Shown: piece after piece, positions 1 to 7,466 of the stretch
How the letters are laid out: each line of letters begins with the position of its first letter
How positions within the stretch are numbered: position 1 is the first letter of the stretch
Source: Escherichia coli
GTDB taxonomy: Bacteria; Pseudomonadota; Gammaproteobacteria; Enterobacterales; Enterobacteriaceae
Length of the DNA: 64,000 nt
Reading direction: 5' to 3' (one strand)
Assembly (NCBI RefSeq): GCF_029227855.1
Contig: NZ_CP074356.1
Translations under genes and position numbers: made by a program
Notes under the pieces: generated by a model
What the model was told of the DNA's origin: nothing
Seen by the model: only the letters and a program-made list of their open reading frames with translations
The model's database searches: none

Positions 1-102
1 GACACTGCGCTGGATCGTCTGATGCAGGGTGCACCGGCACCGCTGGCTGCAGGTAACCCGGCATCTGATGCCGTTAACGATTTGCTGAACACACCAGTGT
101 AA
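1..102 (+). CDS. C: 3' end of lambda gpC/Nu3 (capsid protease/scaffold), truncated by the window edge
   Basis: Frame 1 is open from base 1 and ends ...DAVNDLLNTPV with TAA at 100-102, just upstream of D. The DNA matches my memory of lambda immediately before D. Confidence 0.75.
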   Translation, partial: DTALDRLMQGAPAPLAAGNPASDAVNDLLNTPV

Positions 103-111
103 GGGATGTTT

Positions 112-444
112 ATGACGAGCAAAGAAACCTTTACCCATTACCAGCCGCTGGGCAACAGTGACCCGGCTCATACCGCAACCGCGCCAGGCGGATTGAGTGC
201 GAAAGCGCCTGCAATGACCCCGCTGATGCTGGACACCTCCACCCGTAAGCTGGTTGCGTGGGATGGCACCACCGACGGTGCTGCTGTCGGCATTCTTGCT
301 GTTGCTGCTGACCAGACCAGCACCACGCTGACGTTCTACAAGTCCGGCACGTTCCGTTATGAGGATGTGCTCTGGCCGGAGGCTGCCAGCGACGAGACGA
401 AAAAACGGACCGCGTTTGCCGGAACGGCAATCAGCATCGTTTAA
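112..444 (+). CDS. D: Head decoration protein gpD
   Basis: [12 protein letters not shown]...FAGTAISIV is essentially the lambda gpD sequence (110 aa). The ATG at 112 is preferred over the ATG at 106 because lambda D starts MTSKE. Confidence 0.95.
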   Translation: MTSKETFTHYQPLGNSDPAHTATAPGGLSAKAPAMTPLMLDTSTRKLVAWDGTTDGAAVGILAVAADQTSTTLTFYKSGTFRYEDVLWPEAASDETKKRTAFAGTAISIV

Positions 445-465
445 CCTTACCCTTCATCACTAAAG

Positions 466-486
466 GCCGCCTGTGCGGCTTTTTTT
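466..486 (+). terminator. Small hairpin plus T-run between D and E, as in lambda
   Basis: GCCGC (466-470) pairs with GCGGC (475-479), followed by T7 at 480-486. Confidence 0.5.
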
Positions 487-499
487 ACGGGATTTTTTT

Positions 500-775
500 A
501 TGTCGATGTACACAACCGCCCAGCTGCTGGCGGCAAATGAGCAGAAATTTAAGTTTGATCCGCTGTTTCTGCGTCTCTTTTTCCGTGAGAGCTATCCCTT
601 CACCACGGAGAAAGTCTATCTCTCACAAATTCCGGGGCTGGTAAACATGGCGCTGTACGTTTCGCCGATTGTTTCCGGTGAGGTTATCCGCTCCCGTGGC
701 GGCTCCACCTCTGAATTTACGCCGGGATATGTCAAGCCGAAGCACTTAGCATGGCTTTCTGAGGCTTTCGTGTAG
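500..775 (+). pseudogene. E: Major capsid protein gpE, 5' fragment (codons 1-82) running into island DNA
   Basis: MSMYTTAQLLAANEQKFKFDPLFL...SEFTPGYVKPKH matches lambda gpE residues 1-82. After base 745 the frame reads LAWLSEAFV and stops at 773-775. The rest of E resumes at 11872. Confidence 0.93.
735..744 (+). repeat. Left copy of the 10-bp direct repeat AGCCGAAGCA (attL core)
   Basis: Identical 10-mer at 11864-11873. Both copies lie on the E codons for K-P-K-H. Confidence 0.8.
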
Positions 776-872
776 CTGCTGGTTTTTACACTTAATCTTT
801 TGATAATAAAGAATAAGTTTATCTGGCGCTTTCACTGAATTTTCCTCGTTATCTGTGTGTTGCAATCATCTC

Positions 873-893
873 TGTATTGCAGCTTGTATTGCT
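873..893 (+). repeat. Tandem TGTATTGC motif (TGTATTGCAGCTTGTATTGCT), candidate arm-type Int binding site, left arm
   Basis: A near-identical 21-mer (TGTATTGCAGCATGTATTGCT) lies in the same orientation at 11768-11788. A degenerate third copy, TGTGTTGCAA, lies at 857-866. Confidence 0.5.
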
Positions 894-907
894 TTTTGGG
901 GCTAAAA

Positions 908-2143
908 ATGGCTGGCGAGAACAAACTGAGCGACAAAGCGCTTAAAGGATATCTGGGGAAACCCAGAGAAAAGCAGATCACCATTGCTGATGGAAAGGGG
1001 CTTTCTATTCGTGTGAGTACTAAAGGGGCTGTGAGCTTTGTTTTCTTCTACAGGTTAGCAGGTGGCCGGGCTGCTCCGGTCTGGCTAACGTTGGGTAAAT
1101 ATCCTGATATGTCACTCAAACAGGCAAGGGAAAAGCGCGACGAGTGCCGTGGTTGGTTGGCTGACAAACGTGATCCGCGTATCCAGATTAAGATTCAGGC
1201 TGAAGAACGCTTAAAGCCGGTCACAGTGGAGGATGCACTAAATTACTGGTATGAAAATTACTGTAAGGTGCGTCGTAAAACTCATGCTGTAACGCTTGGC
1301 AGATTTCGAAAGCATATCTTTCCCTATATCGGTCATTTGCCCGTAAATGACACTCACCTATATGAATAGCTGGACTGTTTTGACCGAATTAAACGTAATG
1401 CACCAGTTATGGCGGCGTATGTTTTTTCTGACACTAAATTAGCTCTTCGTTTTTGTCGGGTACGCCAGTACGCGACGTGTGATGCTTTAAAGGATTTGCG
1501 CATGAGTGATGTGGGGCAGATTGCAGGTAAGCGGGATCGGGTTCTGGATGAGGTCGAACTCGGCCAGCTCTGGAAGGCAATTTTTGTCGAGCCTGATTTA
1601 AAACTAATGTCTGAATACACGCGAAAAATGTTTGTGCTTTGTACAGTATTTGGATGTCGAATGAGTGAAGCCCGATTATCAGAATGGAGCGAATGGGATC
1701 TCGAAAGTTGGGTTTGGACTGTGCCAAAAGATCACTCAAAAACTGGTGTTGAAATCGTCAGACCAGTACCTGAAATTCTACGACAGTGGGTAACGGATGT
1801 TCACGAAGAGACAAAACATACTGGTTATGTGCTGGGAAGTCTGCGAATTAGAGAAAGCGTAAGCAAGATTGGGGGGAAAATCGGTAAACGTTTGGGCCAT
1901 GAAAAACAATGGTCACTACACGACCTTAGAAGAACGCTATCTACTCATCTAAGTGATCTCGGTGTTGAATTTTATGTAGTAGAACAACTGTTAGGCCATG
2001 CGCTACCTGGCGTGGCAGGTGTTTACAACCGGAGTAAGTTTATGGCTAAAAAACTGGATGCTCTGGAACTCTGGACTACATATCTCAATAGCATCGCAGC
2101 TGCTGATTCAAAAGTGACAATCCTCAAACAAAAGGCTGGTTAG
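908..2143 (+). pseudogene. int: P4-family tyrosine integrase interrupted by one in-frame amber codon
   Basis: ORFs 857-1369 and 1409-2143 are in the same frame, separated only by TAG at 1367-1369 (context LYE*LDCFDRI; TGG/Trp would fit). The C-terminal part has HDLRRT, LLGH and GVYNRS catalytic-type motifs. The ATG at 908 gives MAGENKLSDKALK. Confidence 0.85.
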
Positions 2144-2144
2144 C

Positions 2145-2375
2145 ATGAAAAAAATGGCAATTGTTGATAAAAAGGGTCTGGAGTACATTCCTAACATTGA
2201 CCGAATGATCCGTGAGAAAGAATGTCGGGAGCTAACTACTCTTGCGAACAGCACACGCTGGAAGCTGGAGAAGGAAGGAAAATTTCCTAAGCGGATCAAG
2301 ATTGGTTCCACTGCTGTTGCATATCGTCTTTCAGAAGTGCAGGCATGGATTCGAGGTGAGTGGGAAACAACTTAA
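2145..2375 (+). CDS. alpA: AlpA-family HTH regulator/excisionase-like protein
   Basis: 76 aa. IREKECRELTTLANSTRWKLEKEGKFPKRIKIGSTAVAYRLSEVQAWI fits the AlpA pattern (G-FP-P-K-G ... W-x-x-EV-x-W). The ATG lies 1 nt after the int stop. Confidence 0.8.
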   Translation: MKKMAIVDKKGLEYIPNIDRMIREKECRELTTLANSTRWKLEKEGKFPKRIKIGSTAVAYRLSEVQAWIRGEWETT

Positions 2376-2382
2376 CTATTAG

Positions 2383-3213
2383 GTGGGCATTGTGGCTATA
2401 TTTCATTATACAGATCTTTTTGGTTTGAAAGGTATATTAGACTCTAATTCTTTATGGGCTACAAACATATATTTCTTAAATGATAAAGAGGAGTCTAACC
2501 ATGGATGTGAATGCTTTCGAAATACAATTAAAATAGTTGATGACAATATCATTCCAAAAGATAAGAAAACTATTTTGCTCAAGTCTCTTGACATGTATGA
2601 GAAAGGGAGGTTACAAAAAGAAAAAGGGATTGATAAACATGTTTATAGCATCTCTTTTTGTAAGGAAAACGATAAGTTAAGTCAGTGGAGAGGTTACGGA
2701 AATAAACAGGGTGTTTGCATTGAGTTTGATGCGGATGAACTTGTGAGCTTTTCTCAAAATATTTATTTAAATTGTGTTGCACATGATGTTATATATTCAA
2801 ATAATAACGATATTACTAAGATGAGTAAGGAGTTGGGAGAGTTTTTTTCTTGTAATGGTATTAATATTAAAGAAATGAATGATCATTTTGTAACAATGGT
2901 CTCTACGTATCAATTTATATCTAAATACATCCCATTTTTTAAACATCCTAGTTTTATCGAAGAGAATGAATTTAGATTGGTATTTACTCCGTGGATGCAA
3001 ATGCCAGATGTGCACTTCAGAATAAATAATAATGGGATCATCCCTTATATCATCATTGATAATAAAGATAATAGAAAGTTACCAATTAAAAGCATTACAA
3101 TTGGCCCGACAAACGATTATGATTTCATTGAGGCTGGTATAAAAATGTTCTTGGATTCAAGAGGATTTAGTTCTGTGGAAATTAAATCCTCATCAATTCC
3201 ATTCAGGGGGTAA
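2383..3213 (+). CDS. DUF2971-like protein (AT-rich cargo)
   Basis: 276 aa with a GTG start. Motifs FHYTD...GIL, FLNDKEE, SISFC...DKLSQWRGYG..GVCIEF and KHPSFIEENEFR resemble the DUF2971 signature. The gene is markedly AT-rich compared with its neighbours. Confidence 0.6.
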   Translation: MGIVAIFHYTDLFGLKGILDSNSLWATNIYFLNDKEESNHGCECFRNTIKIVDDNIIPKDKKTILLKSLDMYEKGRLQKEKGIDKHVYSISFCKENDKLSQWRGYGNKQGVCIEFDADELVSFSQNIYLNCVAHDVIYSNNNDITKMSKELGEFFSCNGINIKEMNDHFVTMVSTYQFISKYIPFFKHPSFIEENEFRLVFTPWMQMPDVHFRINNNGIIPYIIIDNKDNRKLPIKSITIGPTNDYDFIEAGIKMFLDSRGFSSVEIKSSSIPFRG

Positions 3214-3258
3214 GGATTAACACTTTTAATCTATGATATTATAAAAATGGTGGATAAA

Positions 3259-3278
3259 GGCGACCAGAATTGGTCGCC
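3259..3278. terminator. Hairpin between the convergent cargo genes
   Basis: GGCGACCA (3259-3266) pairs with TGGTCGCC (3271-3278). Confidence 0.4.
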
Positions 3279-3344
3279 AATGTGAGTATATAGTTAGCCT
3301 TAATCAGAATACGAGGTTATCGCCTGATAGGCAATGTGAACAGT

Positions 3345-3701
3345 TCAATATTTAGGTGGTTCAACAAGAGCGTTTATCATTGCTCTCAAATTATCGCGAA
3401 CACTTATCCAAGTCTGTTCTGCTCGTTCTAACTCATCAGTGTACAACTTTAATGTTTTATCTATGCCATATGTGGCTATTAAATTTATAGCTTCTTGTAA
3501 TTTTTCAGGATTATTCCTTCTTGGGGGAGTGAATATACCACGGATTTTTCCGGTAATTAAAGCTTTACGGTGTCTACATAGAATACCTTTACTTCCTGCT
3601 GGACAATTACAAGTCATGATTAGCGAGCCAGAATCGTTTGATACAGTGACTATGTATACATCCAAACTACTGCTACTTGTTGCGAAGAATTCGTATTTCA
3701 T
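3345..3701 (-). CDS. Small SWIM-type zinc-finger protein
   Basis: 118 aa. CNCPAGSKGILCRHRKAL fits the CxC...CxH SWIM motif. Convergent with the DUF2971-like gene. Confidence 0.6.
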   Translation of the reverse strand: MKYEFFATSSSSLDVYIVTVSNDSGSLIMTCNCPAGSKGILCRHRKALITGKIRGIFTPPRRNNPEKLQEAINLIATYGIDKTLKLYTDELERAEQTWISVRDNLRAMINALVEPPKY

Positions 3702-3728
3702 GTGTTAGCTCCTTGACTTCAATTATTC

Positions 3729-3920
3729 TTATCCTTTTGGTTCAATACCGCGCCGTAGCAGCTCTTTGCGCCCTAATTCTTTAAGCCAGTTGGCTAGGCT
3801 TATGCCGTCGCTCTGCGCTTCTTTGTCGAATTGCTCTTTTAGCTCTGGAGAAATTCGCATTCTGAATTGTGGAGATTGCCCATCACCCTTAGGACTTTTA
3901 TCGCGTTTGATCGTTGACAA
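3729..3920 (-). CDS. Arc/Mnt-like ribbon-helix-helix repressor candidate
   Basis: SPQFRMRISPELKEQFDKEAQSDGISLANWLKE resembles the Arc N-terminus (PQFNLRWPREVLDLV...). I prefer the TTG start at 3920, which is preceded by AGGTGG. The ATG at 4043 in the ORF track would add a low-complexity extension that overlaps the divergent leader. Confidence 0.55.
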   Translation of the reverse strand: MSTIKRDKSPKGDGQSPQFRMRISPELKEQFDKEAQSDGISLANWLKELGRKELLRRGIEPKG

Positions 3921-3965
3921 GTGACCACCTATTGAATTAGCCTTTTCATTGTTAGGTGACCACCT
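3921..3965. promoter_or_regulatory. Two direct copies of GTGACCACCT, candidate operators in the divergent control region
   Basis: Exact 10-mers at 3921-3930 and 3956-3965. The second copy lies within the palindrome AGGTGACCACCT. The first abuts the repressor start. Confidence 0.4.
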
Positions 3966-3991
3966 TAACACGGGGGCACTTAAAAAAGCAA

Positions 3992-4022
3992 AGCCCGAAG
4001 GTGCTGGGAACACCAACGGGCT
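3992..4022 (+). ncRNA. Structured hairpin in the leader of the early operon (possible C4/CI-like immunity RNA element)
   Basis: AGCCCG-AA-GGTG-CTGGGAA-CACC-AA-CGGGCT forms a two-tier stem with a symmetric AA/AA internal loop. It lies about 40 nt upstream of an icd-like gene, the position of c4 in P1 immI. Confidence 0.3.
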
Positions 4023-4059
4023 TCTAACCACCAACGATAGCAACAGTATCGAGGTAGCT

Positions 4060-4263
4060 ATGAGAAATCATACCACACACCCGCAAGGGCGGGACCCGCA
4101 CAACCTGAATAAATACATCTGGCGTTTTATCGCCTTGAGTACGGCACAACCGCGCATGATTACCATCGAGGCCATCAGCGAACAGGAAGCCCGCCAGCAA
4201 TCCCCAACTGGCTGCGTGATGGTATTCGCCGCCCGTATTCGTCAGGAGGTGTGCCGTGCTTAA
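4060..4263 (+). CDS. Icd-like (cell division inhibitor-like) small protein
   Basis: 67 aa. KYIWRFIALSTAQPRMITIEAISEQEARQQSP...FAARIRQEV matches my memory of Icd-like proteins from P4-type satellites. GAGGT lies 5 nt upstream of the ATG at 4060. Confidence 0.55.
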   Translation: MRNHTTHPQGRDPHNLNKYIWRFIALSTAQPRMITIEAISEQEARQQSPTGCVMVFAARIRQEVCRA

Positions 4264-4441
4264 AACCTTCCGTGTATTTGCCCGAGCTGTTAACCCACTG
4301 GGCCACACAATTGGTATCACTCAGAACGTGAAGGCTGTTAATGTTCAGACGGCTATTGCTGCGGTGAGAAGCGAATCATCAGAATATGGCTTATCACAAG
4401 TCATTATTTCAGCAGTGTATGAATTAAAAGAGGTGCATTAA
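4256..4441 (+). CDS. Hypothetical protein
   Basis: 61 aa with a GTG start overlapping the upstream stop. Part of a tightly packed same-strand operon. Confidence 0.45.
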   Translation: MLKTFRVFARAVNPLGHTIGITQNVKAVNVQTAIAAVRSESSEYGLSQVIISAVYELKEVH

Positions 4442-4632
4442 TGCAGGAAATCACATTACACGAAGCCGCTGAACGTGCGCACCAGACAGAAATTATTTGC
4501 CGCCTTCTTGAGGTATACCCGAACAAAATTACAGATGCTGATATATCCGCGCTGGCGAGCCTACTGGCGCGCCTTTCGGGAAGTGTCGCTAGTTTCCTGA
4601 TTGAGGAAGAAAGTAAGCTGGTGGGGGATTAA
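4441..4632 (+). CDS. Hypothetical protein
   Basis: 63 aa. TAATG overlap with the upstream gene suggests translational coupling. Confidence 0.5.
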   Translation: MQEITLHEAAERAHQTEIICRLLEVYPNKITDADISALASLLARLSGSVASFLIEEESKLVGD

Positions 4633-4854
4633 ATGAATACAGAACGGGAAGTCTTTTTTAAATTGTTAGCATGTGCAGAAAGTTCATTAACTTTAAATAA
4701 TTCAGCAAAAGCAATATTAAATATGTGGCTTGATTGCATAAATGACAATGAAGATGCAAATATTGCTTATGGCCTGTTGTCACTTATTGATGAATCAGCA
4801 GAAAAACTCAATGACGCAATAAATAGTGCCCTGCTATCAAATAAGTCGAGTTAA
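4633..4854 (+). CDS. Hypothetical protein (AT-rich)
   Basis: 73 aa. The ATG directly follows the upstream TAA. Confidence 0.5.
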   Translation: MNTEREVFFKLLACAESSLTLNNSAKAILNMWLDCINDNEDANIAYGLLSLIDESAEKLNDAINSALLSNKSS

Positions 4855-4871
4855 GTCGAGGAATAAATAAT

Positions 4872-5171
4872 ATGGAAATGAAAAATTCTGGCTTTATTGC
4901 CAGCGGCCCCGCTCGGCCTGAATTTATGAACGGCGATATTTACCGCGATAAATACGGCGGCACGGTAACGATTAAAGGCGTGGCAGAACGGCGCATCACT
5001 TACCGCCGTGAGGGGTATAGCTATGACTGCGTGATGCCTGTTTATCAGTTCCGGCGTGATTTTTCCCTGGTATATGCCGCACCCCGCAGTAAGCCCATCA
5101 GCAGGGAAAAAGCGCGGGGAAACATCCAGAAAATGAAAAGCATGATTAACGCATTCAGGGGCAAAAAATGA
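4872..5171 (+). CDS. Hypothetical protein
   Basis: 99 aa. ATGA overlap with the primase-helicase gene. Confidence 0.55.
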   Translation: MEMKNSGFIASGPARPEFMNGDIYRDKYGGTVTIKGVAERRITYRREGYSYDCVMPVYQFRRDFSLVYAAPRSKPISREKARGNIQKMKSMINAFRGKK

Positions 5172-6919
5172 AACTGGCACCGAACTTAAAAAAACAGCCA
5201 CGCGACAGACTGACAGAGGTAATCATCTTTGCAGGTAGTGATGCGTGGAGCCATGCGAAAGAGTGGCGGGAATGGGCGGGTAAACATATTGCCGCCGACG
5301 ATGTGCCGCCTGTCGTGCTGGCTGATGAGCAACTGAAAAATATCACCGATTACCGGATCATTGATGAAGATCGTCAGTGTGTGCGTGTTTACCGCGCAGG
5401 ACATATCACAGAGCACAGCATGACGCAGATTGTTACGTTACTGGCTGTGGCTGGAGTGAAGACCGTACACGAATACGCGGGGATTACTGACACCAGCCCA
5501 GTGGATTTATCCGAGCAGTTGCCGCGACTCAAAGAGGAATGCGAGCGTGGGGAAAGTCTGGTGCTTAATCTTCCGACGAAGCAAAAGGCGCAACTTTCAC
5601 AGATGGCAGACAGTGAACGTGCACAACTACTTGCCGATCGCTTTGATGGTGTGTGTGTTCATGCAGAAAGTGAAATCGTCCACGTATGGCGCGGCGGGGT
5701 ATGGTGTCCGGTCAGCACAATGGAGCTGAGCCGCGAAATGGTGGCGATCTATTCAGAGCACAGGGCCACGTTCAGCAAACGTGTAATCAATAACGCCGTG
5801 GAAGCGTTAAAAGTTATTGCCGACCCCATGGGGGAGCCGTCCGGTGATTTGCTACCGTTCACTAATGGTGTGCTTAACCTGAAAACGGGGGAATTTTCTC
5901 CGCACTCGCCGGAGCACTGGAGCACCACGCACAATGGCATTGAGTACACGCCACCAGTAGCAGGGGAAAACATCCGCGATAATGCGCCAAATTTCCATAA
6001 ATGGCTTGAACATGCTGCAAGAAAAGACCCGCGCAAGATGATGCGTATATGTGCCGCGTTATACATGATTATGGCGAACCGCTACGACTGGCAGATGTTC
6101 ATTGAGGCCACCGGAGACGGGGGAAGCGGTAAGAGTACATTTACCCATATTGCCACCCTGCTTGCTGGCAAACAGAACACCGTAAGCGCGGAGATGACAT
6201 CACTCGATGATGCAGGAGGGCGCGCGCAGGTTGTCGGGAGTCGTCTTATCGTCCTTGCCGATCAGCCGAAATATACGGGGGAAGGCACGGGCATCAAGAA
6301 AATCACGGGAGGCGATCCCGTTGAAATTAACCCGAAATATGAGAAGCGATTCACGACGATAATAAGGGCGGTGGTACTGGCAACCAATAACGACCCGATG
6401 ATCTTTACCGAACGGGCCGGAGGTGTGTCACGCCGTCGGGTGATTTTCCGGTTCGACAACATTGTAAGGGAGGACGAAAAAGACAAGGAATTACCGGAAA
6501 AGATAGCGGCAGAAATCCCCGTAATTATCCGCCGCTTGCTGGCTAATTTTGCTGACCCTGAAAAGGCACGGGCTTTATTACTGGAACAGCGTGACGGTGA
6601 TGAAGCTCTGGCAATAAAGCAGCAAACGGATCCGGTTGTTGAGCTTTGCGCGGCGCTGGAGTTTCTGGAGGAAGCTCGTGGGCTAATGATGGGCGGTGGT
6701 GGTGACACCGTGAAGTACACGACCAGAAACAGCCTTTACCGTGTCTATATGGCCTTCATGGCATACACAGGAAAGGGGAAATGTTTGAGCGTGAATGAGT
6801 TCGGAAAGGCTATGAGGTCAGCGGCGAAAGTTTACGGATATGAATATATTACGCGAAAAGTTAAGGGAGTCACGCAGACCAACGCAACGACTACTGATGA
6901 TTGCGATGCGTTTTTATAA
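5168..6919 (+). CDS. P4/D5-family primase-helicase (replication initiator, pri-rep type)
   Basis: 583 aa. FHKWLEHAARKD...YDWQMFIEATGDGGSGKSTF fits the phage/plasmid primase P4-family C-terminal NTPase with a Walker A motif. An iteron field lies immediately downstream. Confidence 0.8.
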   Translation: MKLAPNLKKQPRDRLTEVIIFAGSDAWSHAKEWREWAGKHIAADDVPPVVLADEQLKNITDYRIIDEDRQCVRVYRAGHITEHSMTQIVTLLAVAGVKTVHEYAGITDTSPVDLSEQLPRLKEECERGESLVLNLPTKQKAQLSQMADSERAQLLADRFDGVCVHAESEIVHVWRGGVWCPVSTMELSREMVAIYSEHRATFSKRVINNAVEALKVIADPMGEPSGDLLPFTNGVLNLKTGEFSPHSPEHWSTTHNGIEYTPPVAGENIRDNAPNFHKWLEHAARKDPRKMMRICAALYMIMANRYDWQMFIEATGDGGSGKSTFTHIATLLAGKQNTVSAEMTSLDDAGGRAQVVGSRLIVLADQPKYTGEGTGIKKITGGDPVEINPKYEKRFTTIIRAVVLATNNDPMIFTERAGGVSRRRVIFRFDNIVREDEKDKELPEKIAAEIPVIIRRLLANFADPEKARALLLEQRDGDEALAIKQQTDPVVELCAALEFLEEARGLMMGGGGDTVKYTTRNSLYRVYMAFMAYTGKGKCLSVNEFGKAMRSAAKVYGYEYITRKVKGVTQTNATTTDDCDAFL

Positions 6920-6932
6920 AAAATGGCAATGG

Positions 6933-7161
6933 TTATCTACCTTGTCTACCTGACTGAAAGAAAATACTTTTATTTCAATGTATTAATGCAGGTAGATAAC
7001 TATTTTTCACTGTCTACCTGTTATCTACCTTATCTACCCATTTTTGTAGACAGGTAAGGAGACGGGTAGAGATGAGGTAGACAGCTATTTGGGGCTGTCT
7101 ACCTCCCTGAAACCCGCGCCATTACTGGCCTGATAACTAATCAGGTAGACAAGGTAGACAA
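6933..7161. repeat. Iteron field, candidate satellite origin of replication
   Basis: At least 10 copies of GGTAGA(C/T)A or its complement, in both orientations: 6933-6941, 6942-6950, 6991-6999, 7011-7018, 7021-7029, 7030-7038, 7077-7085, 7095-7103, 7144-7152, 7153-7161. AT-rich spacers lie around 6955-6990. Confidence 0.75.
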
Positions 7162-7208
7162 GGTGGTGGTGCACAAAAAACTTTTTAAACGAGGGGGTAA
7201 AAATAAAA

Positions 7209-7466
7209 ATGCACACTTCAGGAAAACTGAACAAACATATAAAGCCACATTACCGCGCCCTTGATATGGCTGAACACTGGCTAAGGGTGGCGATTAAGGC
7301 AATAGACCGCAACGCCGGGGAAGGATACGCGAAAGCACATCCCGAACTGATAAGCGCATTCATGACAACGGCGGCTGCAAACTTTGCCACGCTGACCGAA
7401 CGGGAGATTGCTGAAGCGGAGGAAGTGACAACAATCAATATTAAGTCCGGAGAGCAGGCAGCATGA
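7209..7466 (+). CDS. Hypothetical protein
   Basis: 85 aa. ATGA overlap with the SSB gene. Confidence 0.5.
   Translation: MHTSGKLNKHIKPHYRALDMAEHWLRVAIKAIDRNAGEGYAKAHPELISAFMTTAAANFATLTEREIAEAEEVTTINIKSGEQAA

Noticed and set aside
131-430. 99-aa minus-strand ORF antisense to gpD
   Set aside because: It lies entirely inside a confidently identified gene (lambda D) on the opposite strand. It has no start context and is rich in Arg/Cys/Pro, as GC-rich shadow frames typically are.
857-907. N-terminal extension of the integrase ORF (MLQSSLYCSLYCFLGLK)
   Set aside because: The extension overlaps the TGTATTGC repeat motifs. P4-type integrases begin like MAGENKLSD..., so I prefer the ATG at 908.
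3921-4059. Long versions of two ORFs: the RHH ORF up to the ATG at 4043, and the icd-like ORF from the ATG at 3949
   Set aside because: The two extensions overlap each other on opposite strands across the control region. They are low-complexity and lack homology. Shorter starts with Shine-Dalgarno sequences fit better.
6933-7161. The iteron field considered as a possible mini-CRISPR or transposon end
   Set aside because: The repeats are 8-9 bp, lie in both orientations with irregular spacing, and directly follow a replication initiator gene. This is origin architecture, not repeat-spacer or terminal inverted repeats.
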